Assembly (NCBI GenBank): GCA_964035545.1
Contig: OZ037766.1
Location: 30,494,773 to 30,558,772, forward strand
Direction: 5' to 3'
Length of the DNA stretch: 64,000 bases
Source of the DNA: Bugula neritina
Lineage: Eukaryota; Animalia; Bryozoa
Part shown: piece by piece, positions 1 to 11,937 of the stretch
Layout of the letters: the number at the start of each line of letters is the position of its first letter
Numbering within the stretch: position 1 is the stretch's first letter
Notes under the pieces: generated by a model
The model's input: the letters and a program-made list of their open reading frames with translations, nothing else
Database searches by the model: none
Told to the model about the DNA's origin: nothing
Position numbers and translations under genes: made by a program

Positions 1-80
1 TCAAACTTGTTATATATGATCCCCTAGTACTTCTTTACACTTAACTGGTTCATATAGGATAACATTGTACTATCCTGTAG

Positions 81-3000
81 TTCTGCCGAGCAACAATCGG
101 CAGCATGCTGCTGCTACAAGCTCCGCCTCCCCTGTACTGCCCACTGTCCGAGTCTTACCTGCTCAGACTCAGAAGTTGTCCTCCACTTCTAAGGCACAAA
201 CCCCATCTATCAGATCTGTATCTGCATCCGTCACTAGTATGGTCGGCACCCCTCCCGTCACAACGCTATCCGTCACTGATTCCAGTAAGATAGCCATAAG
301 TAAGAGCAAATCTCAGTCTAAACCGAAGGAGAGGAGGTCATCTCACAACATCATAGAGAAGAGGTACTTAATAGTCAGTGTAGAAGTACTTGGTAGTTAG
401 TGTAGAGATACTTGGTGGTTAGTGTAGAGGTACTTGGTGGTTAGTGTAGAGGTACTTGGCACTTAGTGTAGAGATACTTGCACATAGTGTAGAGGTACTT
501 GCACATAGTGTAGAGGTACTTGCACATAGTGTAGAGGTACTTGCACTTAGTGTAGAGATACTTGCACATAATGTAGAGGTACTTGGCATATAGTATAGAG
601 GTACTTGTTGGTATTAGATGTGCAGCTGTTACTAGCCTCTAGAGTTGTCCCATTTTGCGCAGGTACCGGATGAGTATCAATGACAAGATTATAGAGTTGA
701 AGGACCTTGTGATGGGTACAGAGGCTAAGCTAAACAAATCCGCTGTCCTCAAAAAGGCTATCGAGACTATTCACTCCCTCCGGGACCAGAGAATGCGACT
801 GTCTAAGGAAAACGCCATTCTCTCGTCTGCCCTTGCCAATCAGGGCATCGACACGAAAGAGGTGAGCTGTGTTCGCATGTGACAAGTCTTTAGGTCTAGT
901 CACGCAGTCATTCTATATCTTAAGGGTTTTCATTTTCTGATATGAAATACATTTCCTTTTAATAATTCTCCGTTTTATTCATGCACGAAGCGCGACACTG
1001 CATAAGGGAAGTTGACGCATTCTATTTCCTGTTTCAGCTGCTGTCAGGCTGTCTGTCTGACCCCTTGACCCCATCCAGTTCAGACGGCAGCAGCTTCTCC
1101 CCGGAGACACTGCTGCCCGAGAGCCCGCCATATTCATCGGGCGGGGAAGGGGAGGATGACATGCTCCCTGCACTGCCCACCTTCACTACTCACACAATCT
1201 ACACTCCCAGCACTGGCATGGTGGACGGAGCTCGTATCACGTTGTTTGTCTTCATGTTCGGGATTCTCATCTTCAACCCGTTCAGGTAATACACGCCTGG
1301 CAGGGTGCCAACTGTGTTAGTAGGTCACTGAAGTCTGATAGTAGGTCACTGAAGTGTGTTGGTGTTTTATTAGCATTAGTTATTGGGTAACATTTGCTTT
1401 GAGTTTCTGAAGTGGCTAAGTTGTCAGACTGGCTATCATTGTTGGTTAGTTTCAACATTCTGCTATACTCTATCGTATAATAATATATTCCAGTGTATCA
1501 TGTTAGCTATTCTGATATGTCATATAATATACCCTAGTATGTAATATAATATACCCTAGTATGTCATACAATTAGTATGTCATATAATATACCCTAGTAT
1601 GTCATATAATATACCCTAGTATGTCATATAATATACCCTAGTATATTATATAATATACCCTAGTATGTCATATTATATACCCTAGTATATTATATAATAT
1701 ACCCTAGTATGTCATATAATATATCCTAGTATGTCATATAATATACCCTAGTATGTCATATAATATACCCTAGTATGTCATATAATATACCCTAGTATGT
1801 CATATAATATACCCTAGTATGTCATATAATATACCCTAGTATGTCATATACTATACCCTAGTATGTCATATAATATACCCTAGTATGTCATATAATATAC
1901 CCTAGTATGTCATGTTATCTGCATATGTGTTACGTTACGTTATCTATTACATAAGTTAACTCTTAGCATAGGAGAGTGATTCTCACAAAACTTGTCCAGC
2001 TAATCATATGCTGGACATTGAAAGAGCACCTCTTCTGAATATTGTATATGAATTATCCTATATTCTATTCTAAATATTGTATATAAGCAGCTGAATTATC
2101 CTATATTCTATTCTAAATATTGTATATAAGCAGCTGAATTATCTTATATTCTATTCTAAATATTGTAAATGAGCAGCTGAATTATCCCATCTTCTGGTGT
2201 TCAGTGGCTGTAAAGGTGTTTGTCCAAGCATGGAATATTATATATTGATAAGTTTAGCTGAATTATGATGGACCATGTATTATTTAGTATGTTGTATTCT
2301 CTCTCTTTCAGTGCGATATTTGATAGCCAGGATACCTCATTCACTGCTGGCCTGACTGCTGGGAGCTCCATTCGCTCCAGCCGTACTCTACAAGGATATA
2401 CTGACAGTATCAGTGACTACTTCGGCATATGGAACTGGCTCATACCATCGGTATGTTGACTCTCTTTAGTTTGGGAGTTACTCTCTCTTTAGTCTGAGAG
2501 TTACCCTCTCTTTAGTCTGGGAGTTACTCTCTCTTTAGTCTGAGAGTTACTCTCTCTTTAGTCTGGGAGTTACTCTCTCTTTAGTCTGGGAGTTACTCTC
2601 TCTTTAGTCTGAGAGTTACCCTCTCTTTAGTCTGAGAGTTACTCTCTCTTTAGTCTGAGAGTTACTCTCTCTTTAGTCTGGGAGTTACTTTACTTTCTCT
2701 TTGGGAGTTACTTACTCTTTAGTCTGGGAGTTACTCTCCCTTTAGTCTGGGAGTTATTCTCTCTTTAGTCTGAGAGTTACTCTCTCTTTAGTCTGGGAGT
2801 CACTCTTTAGTCTGAGAATCACTCACTGATATATTCCGCAGGCTCTCCTCTGGGTGATGAACATACTGGTGGTGAGTTTTGTGCTGACCAAAGTGCTGGT
2901 CTATGGAGAACCAGTTACAACCTCTGGCAGCAAAGAGTCAGCAAAGTACTGGAGACACTTGAATCAATCCGAGTCGGACTTGGAGAATGGTGAGCATTTG

Positions 3001-5870
3001 GCTGCTGAACCTGGCAGTGACTGATACTCACTGTGACTGATACTAACTGTGACTGATACTAACTGTGACTGATACTAACTGTGGCTGATACTGTGACTGA
3101 TACTAACTGTGACCGATACTAACTGATACTAACTGATACTAACTGTGGCTGATACTCACTGTGATACTCACTGTGACTGATGCTCACTGAGAATAGTAGT
3201 GACTCAGCGAGTAGTGGTTAAGGCTTGAGATTACAATTCATTGTATGTGTCTTGTGACTATTTTTTCATAGGATCTTTGCGGTGAGGTTTTTTTAGAAAA
3301 ATAGAATAGATGTCCTTGTACACTAGACTGTCTCAGTTGTATTCTAGACTATTCAGTTAGAGTAACAGGAAGTACTTCTGTTACAGGTTACTACACGTCT
3401 GCTTCTGTTCAGCTGAAAGAGGCTCTACACACCCTCGGCCGGCCCTTTCCTACGACAAGACTGGAACTCTTTACCAGCCTGTCCTGGCAGATGATGCGTC
3501 AGGCTCTTCACCGTACCTACATAGCCAGAATATTCAGCCGCACCCTCGCCAAGTACGACAAGGACAGGGTGCAGTCATCACACGACGCTGCCGTTGTCTA
3601 CTACCGACTCCTCCAGCTCAGTCTCACCGGCAAGATGGAGAGCACATGCTGGCAGCAACTCAACCTCGCTGCCTGCTCTCTCAACCTGTCCGAGGCTGCG
3701 ACGAGCATCATGTCCCGGGAGATGTTAGCCCAGGTTTACGCCACAAGCGCTGTCACCGTGCTGTTCACCCTCACCGATCACTTCCAGTACATAGCCCGCT
3801 TTCTGCTTAGCAGGTGTAGGAAACAGTGTCTGCGTCACGAGAGGGGCGACATACCACCCCAACTGAAGTGGCTGTGTGAGCCCGATGGTCACAGGTATCT
3901 GGTAGATCTCACTTGGTACGATGAGATCTGGTCGACAGAGCAAGGCTTCAGCACCAACCGACACCCCTACGACCCCCTCTCTACACTCATGCAGTGCTAT
4001 CGGCAGCACTTGCTAGAGGTGGCTCTCTATGAAGTCATCACTCCGAGGCGTGACGCCAATATGCAGGCCTCGCTCAGCTACCTGGAGGCTATAGAGGGCA
4101 CGAACCCCCAGGAGAAGAGACCAGATGCGCCATATGACCTGGTGACGAGAGTGGATGACCTAGCTCACTGGTGGTCGGAGATGGTGGCTGTGGGGGTTCA
4201 CTGGTCATCCGCGGAATGCAGCAAGGCCGAGAAGTACTATCACGCTCTCTCCTCTCTGCCAGAAACTTACCTGCGCAACCAAGAGGACGACATCAGCCAC
4301 CTGCCTCAGGCTATCCACGACATCTTCAGGGCCAGGAGTGGCTTGCTCACACGCACCATGTGCCCCTATGCTGTCAACAAGTTATGTAATAAGGCCAGTC
4401 AGCAGCTGACTGAAGACATACTAGCGTCAGCCAATCAGAGACAGCAGCTCAGACAGGTTTGCTACTATTTGCTTGGCTGTTGCGTAACTATGAGTACTGT
4501 TATTATAATTCTAAGAAACTTGATCTCAAATGGTGACAGTTTATGCCTCGTATGTGTTCAACTCTTTAGGAGTTTTTCTTTCAAATTTATAGGGATTTCA
4601 AATGCTTGCCTGTGATTGGTTACTCAAGACTCGCACAGAACTCTGGGAACAGGAAACTGATTCACCTGGTGGTAGTGTCAATGCCAAAGATACAGCCACA
4701 GGATTCAAAACAGATCTCAATAACCTACAGAAGTTGAATGATAAACACAAGGGTAATGATTGCATTACATTACATCACTCTGTAGTGTCTGTAGTTATCA
4801 TTTGTTACCAGGATATGGTTGGTGTGATACTGTTGTACATGGCTGCACAGTTGATTTATAATTACTCCTTTTATATTCTCTTTTATTGCTAGTACATTTA
4901 TATTTAGAGCATTGCGTATAAGCCACTCGTGCATTCTATGTTACTCTCTCATTGTCATCTGTTGCTCTTATATTACTGTCATATTACACATATATTACTG
5001 TGGTATATTACTCTGTATGTTACACACTAGGTATATGTTACTCTGTATGTTATACACTAGGTATATATTACTGATATAGTATATATACACTAGGTATATA
5101 TTACTGATATAGTATATACACACTAGGTATATATTACTGATATAGTATATATACACTGGGTATATATTACTGATATAGTATATACACACTAGGTATATAT
5201 TACTGATATAGTATGTTACACACTAGGTATATATTACTGATATAGTATATATACACTAGATATATATTACTGATATAGTATATATATATACACTAGGTAT
5301 ATATTACTGATATAGTATATATATACACTAGGTATGTCCGAGAAGATCGCTGTCTATCAAGCCACCTACCGTACCATGATGGGATGTAACCCGTCTAAAA
5401 CTAGTCACATGCTGAAGGCATCATTGCACAACTCAATGACTTCTCCGTCATCCAAGGTAACTCACCATATACTTACTTACATACTAGTTTCTAGATTTAC
5501 ATTCTATGTTGTCCATATTAGTTTTATAAAGCTTGAAAAGAGAGATTTGATTGCTCAGTATATATACAGTGCTCCCTCTATATCTCACGGTTCCAGTTCC
5601 CACGAAATCCCATAGGTCACAAGAAGGGCTTAAACCCCCCCCACTCTTTGTAGCTTATGTATGTGTGTTTAGAGACAAAATGGCCAAATTTAGCAGATCC
5701 ATGAGTTGAATATTATATTCTACTATGTCACGAATTGAAGTTCCGGGACCCACAACTTAGTGGGATACGGAGGGAGCAATACACTGAGGTAACTCTGGTT
5801 GTCATGTGATCTCATACAGGTTCTCTGGCAGCACCATCTCCGACATCAACTGTTTGATATGCTCAGCTGA
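81..5870 (+). CDS. SREBP: Sterol regulatory element-binding protein, 3' portion. Exons 81-363, 663-861, 1038-1285, 2312-2450, 2842-2989, 3387-4456, 4593-4752, 5332-5456, tentative last exon 5820-5870
   Basis: Spliced bHLH-Zip [23 protein letters not shown] has the SREBP-diagnostic Tyr. TM1 [23 protein letters not shown] has the NP motif. Luminal RTLQ fits the S1P site R-x-hydrophobic-x. TM2 is followed by YGEPV...YWRH. Regulatory domain motifs LGRPFP, LACDWLL and MMGCNPSKT are present. All junctions are GT-AG with compatible phases. The last exon is uncertain. Confidence 0.93.
364..606. repeat. Intronic minisatellite, ~21-bp unit TAGTGTAGAGGTACTTGCACA
   Basis: Direct tandem copies fill most of the SREBP intron. 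Confidence 0.9.
1515..1912. repeat. Intronic minisatellite, 22-bp unit ATACCCTAGTATGTCATATAAT
   Basis: Near-perfect tandem copies. Confidence 0.92.
2460..2818. repeat. Intronic minisatellite, 23-bp unit GTTACTCTCTCTTTAGTCTGGGA
   Basis: Tandem copies fill almost the whole intron. Confidence 0.9.
3017..3190. repeat. Intronic minisatellite, ~16-bp unit GTGACTGATACTAACT
   Basis: Degenerate tandem copies. Confidence 0.85.
4990..5335. repeat. Intronic minisatellite, ~33-bp unit CACTAGGTATATATTACTGATATAGTATATATA
   Basis: Tandem copies run up to and include the splice acceptor at 5331. Confidence 0.9.
5567..5786. mobile_element. Degenerate MITE with TA-CAGT terminus (Tc1/mariner-pogo type)
   Basis: Left end TA|CAGTGCTCCCTCTATATCTCAC matches the reverse complement of right end GTGGGATACGGAGGGAGCA. 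No ORF. Confidence 0.55.
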
Positions 5871-7825
5871 AAATACTTTCTTTGTGACTTTAGGTATACG
5901 GCTGGCACTCCGCCAACCACACCTCCACTTCCCAGTCCGTGAACAAAAGACAGAAGATGTCCAACACAGCACAATACTACGAGTCAACATCCGAAATCTC
6001 CCGCGGATAGTCTGGGTGGTTTATCCTCTCCCTCACAGTTGAAGTTGGAAACTGTGACTATTTACGTACTTTCAGTAAAATGGCTATTGACAGTTGCTCT
6101 GTAAAACAACTGTATTCACCAGTGATAATATTTGTTAATATCTTACGTTATATATGTTTATTAATGTGCATGGTTGTTATTCAGCCATATTATTGTAGAT
6201 ATAACAGATTCACACATTATAGGTGTATGTGAAACCATTAAACTTTATGATTTATGTAATCCAATAACAAACATGCTTATATTATGCATTGTATCAGTGT
6301 GGAATGGAACTGGTGTACAAATAAAGAAGATCAATCTAAATCAGAGGTTTCTAGCCTTGAGGGAATTCCCCTTGGGGAGATTTTGGGCTTTTGAAGAAGG
6401 GGAATTTCATTTCTAAAAAACTCTTACAGTTCTTTAAGAGCTTTTGAACTCTTGCTTGTTTCCAAGTTATTTACCCACACTGATTTTAATTTTACATGCA
6501 TGTGTCTGTCAATCATTACCCTAACTCTTATCTGTGCTACTGGGAATAGAGGTTAAGAAGTTTCTATTGAAAGCAAAAACCAACAGGAACTTTAGGCAGC
6601 CATGCAAGCTAATATCTAGGAGTTACTTACCCATGACTAGTGGGTATATTTGCTGCATTAACTAATCTAAACCTGAAAATGCAATCATCACATCATTGCT
6701 GTTCATAGCAGCATCAATGTTTCAAAGCCAATTATTATGAAAAGAACCTGTTCAAAAGTACCTTCTCAAAGTAATTCTAAGCATGTTTTCGAACTCTTAA
6801 TAGAGTTTGAACAGTATGTCCCTGGGCTACTTTCGAAAAGAAGTATCTTGATTTGACAATAATTTTTTTGAAATGGTCTATTCAACAGGAAATACATATA
6901 TCTTTCTGAAAGGCGAATAAAACTGGCTAGACAAGGTCTACTGGACAAATTAAATGCACCTAATTGCTGAGGTTAGCTGGTGTTGAATGCATTTGGTTGG
7001 CTTTCTGTTGGAGAGCTATATTCTTTAATGAACAGCTGGCTCTGAGCTGTTTTAAGTAGACAAATGCAATTATGGCTATACTTGCAGTGTGAAGCAATGG
7101 TCATTTCAAAGACATGATTAATTATATGTCAGAGCATATTGCACAATGTTTTTATTATGATAACATGAGATAACATGGTTAACCTCAAGTGTCATCTGTC
7201 AACCACTGCAATATAACTCAGCCTATGCATTTGAAGGAAGTTTTAGTTTACTGCGCGCTAAACTAGAGCATAGCAGTTGACTTCAAGTGTTATCCACTGT
7301 ACATTAACTCTAAAGCAATAGCTAGGAATACACTTTCACTGTAGTTGGGGGAGAAGAAAGTTGACATGTTTTACTGAGCTGAAACTTTTTGGTATGTAGA
7401 AAGAAAATACTGATAAAATTTATTCTTGGAAAATTACAGTTATTCATATAAATTAAACACATGAATAGTAATACATAATAGAGGGGTGTGTTGTGTTAAT
7501 ACCAAGATGATGTATTTTAGCGATAAACATACGTACTATGACAATGCATACGAATAAAACAAACAGTAAAGTAATTCCGCATGTGCGGTAATTCGAGTAT
7601 AATACAACACCTCTCTTTCTAAAAACAAACACAACTGAAATGCAAACATGAGTAATATACAAAAAGTGATACAAAGCGTATAGATGAATTTAGCAAGTAT
7701 TAACAGGCTGATAAGCATAAAAATACAAACATGTTAACCATTACGAGAACATAATACCAGAATATAATATCAGAATATAACATCAGAAAATGATACCAGA
7801 ATATAACAAGGCATGAGACAGGAGG

Positions 7826-10800
7826 CTAGAGGTCAAGTTTTAGCGGAGCGCGGACTTCGCGGCCAGACCTAGTTTTGGACAGGCGAACAGCAGAGCTAGA
7901 AACTGAGTGGGTCTGTTTGGCCCTATCTAGAGGAACGACTGCTTGGTGGGGGCTAACCTGAACTGGCCTTTCTCGGGGCTGAACATCCAACCTACTATCT
8001 GATGGGGATTGTTGGGCTTGACCCCCAAATACAGTGGTCTGTCTGGGATTACTATGAATTGGTTGGTCCTTGAACTGAACAGCTAGATCACTTGCTAGAC
8101 CCATAACGGGTGACGAGTGAGTTGGTGTGAGACTTCTACGGTTGCGTCTTAACTCAGTACCACCTGTGTCTTGAACAGTGTATGATCTCGGTGCGCACTG
8201 TTGGATAACTATTGCGTCCCTGTTCAAGTCTCTAATTCTCACCCTGTCGCCTCGTTTCAACGGAGGAAGTGGTGCAACTTTATGCCTAATATCAAAATTC
8301 TCTTTCACTTGACTGCGCTTCAACTCTTCTTTCTCCTGAACTGCCAATCTCTCTACAGGCTGAGGGATTAACAGCTTAGGGAGTGCAGGAACAGTGGTCT
8401 TCAGCTTTCGGCCCATCAACAGCTCAGCAGGAGACAAGCCATTCTCCAGAGGAGAAGATCGATAGGCCAACAGTGCAAGGTACGGATCTGTCTCTTTCTT
8501 GAGTAGGGACTTAACTGTTTGGACTGCCCTCTCAGCCTCTCCATTAGCCTGAGGATGCTTTGGTGAACTAGTGACATGGGCAAACTGGTAAGAAGAAACA
8601 AACAACTTAAACTCATGACTGGCATACTGGGGGCCATTGTCTGAAACCAACACATCTGGAACACCATGGCGTGCAAAGATACTCCGCATATGGCTAATAA
8701 CTTCCTTACTGGTGAGTTCAGCTAACAAAGCAACCTCGACAAACCTAGAATAATAGTCTACTACTAAGAGATACCACCGATCGTGAACAAAAAATAAATC
8801 ACTACCTAACTTCTCCCAAGGACGCTGAGGAAACTCAGCCACCATCAATGGCTCTACAACAACGTTGGCATGCATTCTGCAGGTGTTACACTGGCGTACC
8901 ATGTCAGTGATCTGCTGAGATATACCCGGCCACCAAACATATTGCCTGGCCCGAGCACGACACTTGGTCACTCCTAAATGACCTTGATGAATGGTCCGAA
9001 GAACTTCCAATCTCTCAACCTGTGGGATAACAATGCGGTCCCCAAGCGCCAACAACCCATCTTGAATAGAAATCAACGATCTTGACTCAAAATAAGGGCG
9101 AAGAAGTATATCCTGATTGGTAAGGTACTCCGGCCATGAGGTCTCAACAAACTTAATAACTTGGGCCAAGACTTCATCAGCTCTTTGCAGCTTTGCCAAC
9201 TGCACGAGCCTCTGACTAGAAGCAAACAACTTATGACCCTCTTTCACGGCCAACTCTACCTCCTCCACAAAAGCGACTTCATCTACACTGGGCGAAGCCT
9301 GAGAGCGGGATAATGCATCAGCAAGCACATTATCCTTACCAGCAATGTGTTCAACAACATACGCAAACCTCATAAGCCTCATCCTGAAACGCTGAATGCG
9401 AACAGTCAGTTTATCCAGTTCAATTTCATTCAGTAATGGGATCAAGGGCTTGTGATCAGTCTGTATCTTGACTGTGATACCTGTAATGTAATTTCTAAAC
9501 TTTGTACATGCCCACACAACCCCCAGTGCCTCCTGTTCAATGGTTGCATACCTCATCTCAGTATCAGTCAGAGCACGAGAAGCTGCTGCAACAACCCTCT
9601 TGGAACCGTCCGGCTGAAGCTGCAGCAATACAGCACCGATGCCATTCCGGCACGCATCAGTCTGTATAGTAGTCTCAGCCTTCGGGTCATAAGCCGCGAG
9701 AACGAAATCTTTCGACAGCTCCTCTTTAATTCGGGCAAAGGCTATAGACTGAGCCTCGCCCCAGAACCAAGGAGATGTTTTACACAACAAATCCCTGAGA
9801 GGTCTAGATAGCTCCGCCAATTTAGGGGTAAACTTACTCAACTGATTAGCCATACCCAAAAAGCTACGAACATCTGAGACACTCCGAGGAGTCCTGAAAT
9901 CTCTAATCCCTTGAACTGCCTCAGGGTTGGCTTGAATGCCTTTATCAGAGATTGAATGCCCCAGAAACTTGATTGAACTTTTAGAAAATTCACACTTGGA
10001 ACTGTTCATAGTCATTCCTGCATCCGACATGCGTCTGAGGACAGCACGAACTCTAGCATCATGTTCCTCCACAGTATTACCCCAGACACAAACATCATCC
10101 ATATGGACAATAACTCCCTCTAGGCCACAAAGAACCTGTGACACAACTTTAGCGTAGATCTCTGGGCTAGATGACAGCCCAAACGGCAACCTATGATAAG
10201 CATACCGACCAAATGGGGTCAAAAAGGTAGTAAGGAGTTTACTAGACTTAGACAGGGGAATCTGATAAAACCCAGAGTTTGCATCCAACTTGCTGAAAAC
10301 TTTCCCGTTACCTAATTTAGATAGACTAGAGTCGACATGGGCCATTGGGTATACCTCCCTCCTGACCACTTTATTCAACTGAGTGTAGTCTACACATATA
10401 CGAATACGACCACTTGCTTTGGGAACTATGACCATGGGTGAGCACCAATCAGTTGGTTCACTAACAGAGAAGATAACTCCTAACTCTACCATTTCATCTA
10501 ACTCAGCCTTCACCTTATCTAATAATGGATACGGCACAGAACGCGGAACGCAAATAGCATGAGGGGGAGAACCGGTGTTTACTTGAATCTCTGCCTCCTG
10601 GCTCATTTTACCTAGGCCAGAAAAAAGACTAGGAAACTCATTTCTAAACTTATCAGCACTCTCAGTAACACAATCAAGTTGGGTATTACATGATACAAGA
10701 CCTAAGCCTACACATGCACGTCTACTAAGCAAGGCTTTATTATGAGCTACGACATATAGTCTATCTGCTACTTTGTACCTGCCTACAGATAGTGTACTGT

Positions 10801-11842
10801 CAAAATAGCCTAACACTGGTATCTGACTATTACTCGGTCCAAACAATGACTTGTCTGGCTGTTTAAGCTGTACTGACTTACAGAGCTGCTGCGGGATAAT
10901 GGTAACATCTGCACCGGTATCCAACTTGAATCGCACAGGCACCAATAGTTGATCTACGACTACAGACTTTGTCCATTCAACGTTAACATCTCTGTCTGTT
11001 ACTTCACCCAAAAAATACTGTCCTTTGTTGCAGGGTTCAACATTGCTGGTGGGCTGGTCATAATCATTCTCTTCCACAGATTGTACTGCTCCTCCTTTTG
11101 ACCTGCATACTCTAGCAAAATGTCCTCGTTTTTGGCATTTGTGACACACAGAATCTTGCGCAGGACATTTTCCAAATCTGTGTGTGTTGTGGCCACATCT
11201 ACCACATGGGTTAGCATCGGCTTGAGCTGAATTAGCGGCCTTACTCTGTTGGGTTGAGTGTTTATGTTTACTACTGCTGACTCTTACTGCATCAAGCGAT
11301 TTCACATCATTGTATAGCTCCTTCACATTTTTGTCCACTTGTTCTGCTTGTCTAGCCATAGCCACGGCTGTTGCTTCAGTTAACTGGTCAATGTCCATCT
11401 TTTGCATCTCACGGCTTAGCCCTTGGTCAGCTATACCAACAACTAGTCTATCTCTGATTTGTTCTGACCGCTTATCTCCAAAGTCACATTTGTCTGCCAA
11501 CTCATTTAAAGCACGAATATAATGTTCTACTGATTCGGCTTGCTGCTGGTCACGCTTGAAGAATTTTGCTCTTTCATAGATGACATATTTCTTGGGTGAG
11601 AAGTAGTTCTCAAATCCAGCTAGCACCTCATTGTATTTCTTTTTATTTTCTTCAGAGAGACCTAGGCTGCTAAAGATGCTTTCACTTGTAGGTCCCATAC
11701 AATACAAGAAACTATTAATTTGTATTTCTTCCTCCTCTTTATCTAACTTAGAAATCTGTCTATATCTACTCCATCTCTTAGCCCACTCTGCCCATTTCTC
11801 TGGCAAAAAGTCAAACTCAGCAGGTGGATTAAACTTTGCCAT
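7826..11842 (-). CDS. Single-ORF Gag-Pol polyprotein
   Basis: First ATG at 11842 (MAKFNPPAEF). Zn knuckle CHKCQKRGHFARVC, protease LDTGAD, RT (LPFGL, HMDD), RNase H (TDAC, TDHKPL), integrase (GHLG-C-C, SDNGPQ, NGEAER). Gypsy domain order, no stops. Confidence 0.95.
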   Translation of the reverse strand: MAKFNPPAEFDFLPEKWAEWAKRWSRYRQISKLDKEEEEIQINSFLYCMGPTSESIFSSLGLSEENKKKYNEVLAGFENYFSPKKYVIYERAKFFKRDQQQAESVEHYIRALNELADKCDFGDKRSEQIRDRLVVGIADQGLSREMQKMDIDQLTEATAVAMARQAEQVDKNVKELYNDVKSLDAVRVSSSKHKHSTQQSKAANSAQADANPCGRCGHNTHRFGKCPAQDSVCHKCQKRGHFARVCRSKGGAVQSVEENDYDQPTSNVEPCNKGQYFLGEVTDRDVNVEWTKSVVVDQLLVPVRFKLDTGADVTIIPQQLCKSVQLKQPDKSLFGPSNSQIPVLGYFDSTLSVGRYKVADRLYVVAHNKALLSRRACVGLGLVSCNTQLDCVTESADKFRNEFPSLFSGLGKMSQEAEIQVNTGSPPHAICVPRSVPYPLLDKVKAELDEMVELGVIFSVSEPTDWCSPMVIVPKASGRIRICVDYTQLNKVVRREVYPMAHVDSSLSKLGNGKVFSKLDANSGFYQIPLSKSSKLLTTFLTPFGRYAYHRLPFGLSSSPEIYAKVVSQVLCGLEGVIVHMDDVCVWGNTVEEHDARVRAVLRRMSDAGMTMNSSKCEFSKSSIKFLGHSISDKGIQANPEAVQGIRDFRTPRSVSDVRSFLGMANQLSKFTPKLAELSRPLRDLLCKTSPWFWGEAQSIAFARIKEELSKDFVLAAYDPKAETTIQTDACRNGIGAVLLQLQPDGSKRVVAAASRALTDTEMRYATIEQEALGVVWACTKFRNYITGITVKIQTDHKPLIPLLNEIELDKLTVRIQRFRMRLMRFAYVVEHIAGKDNVLADALSRSQASPSVDEVAFVEEVELAVKEGHKLFASSQRLVQLAKLQRADEVLAQVIKFVETSWPEYLTNQDILLRPYFESRSLISIQDGLLALGDRIVIPQVERLEVLRTIHQGHLGVTKCRARARQYVWWPGISQQITDMVRQCNTCRMHANVVVEPLMVAEFPQRPWEKLGSDLFFVHDRWYLLVVDYYSRFVEVALLAELTSKEVISHMRSIFARHGVPDVLVSDNGPQYASHEFKLFVSSYQFAHVTSSPKHPQANGEAERAVQTVKSLLKKETDPYLALLAYRSSPLENGLSPAELLMGRKLKTTVPALPKLLIPQPVERLAVQEKEELKRSQVKENFDIRHKVAPLPPLKRGDRVRIRDLNRDAIVIQQCAPRSYTVQDTGGTELRRNRRSLTPTHSSPVMGLASDLAVQFKDQPIHSNPRQTTVFGGQAQQSPSDSRLDVQPRERPVQVSPHQAVVPLDRAKQTHSVSSSAVRLSKTRSGREVRAPLKLDL

Positions 11843-11923
11843 AACAGTAAATTGACAATAACGCAAGAAAAGGAAACCAAGGACAGCAGATGGCACGGAT
11901 TAAACACGATAAACTTAAAACTT

Positions 11924-11937
11924 CGTACTGGCCACCA
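11924..11937 (-). promoter_or_regulatory. Primer-binding site, probably tRNA-Ile(AAU)
   Basis: TGGTGGCCAGTACG directly follows the 5' LTR. It is complementary to the 3' end CGUACUGGCCACCA recalled for eukaryotic tRNA-Ile(AAU). Confidence 0.75.

Noticed and set aside
364-5335. Regular 21-33 bp repeats as a possible CRISPR array
   Set aside because: Head-to-tail units with no unique spacers, inside spliceosomal introns, and no cas genes.
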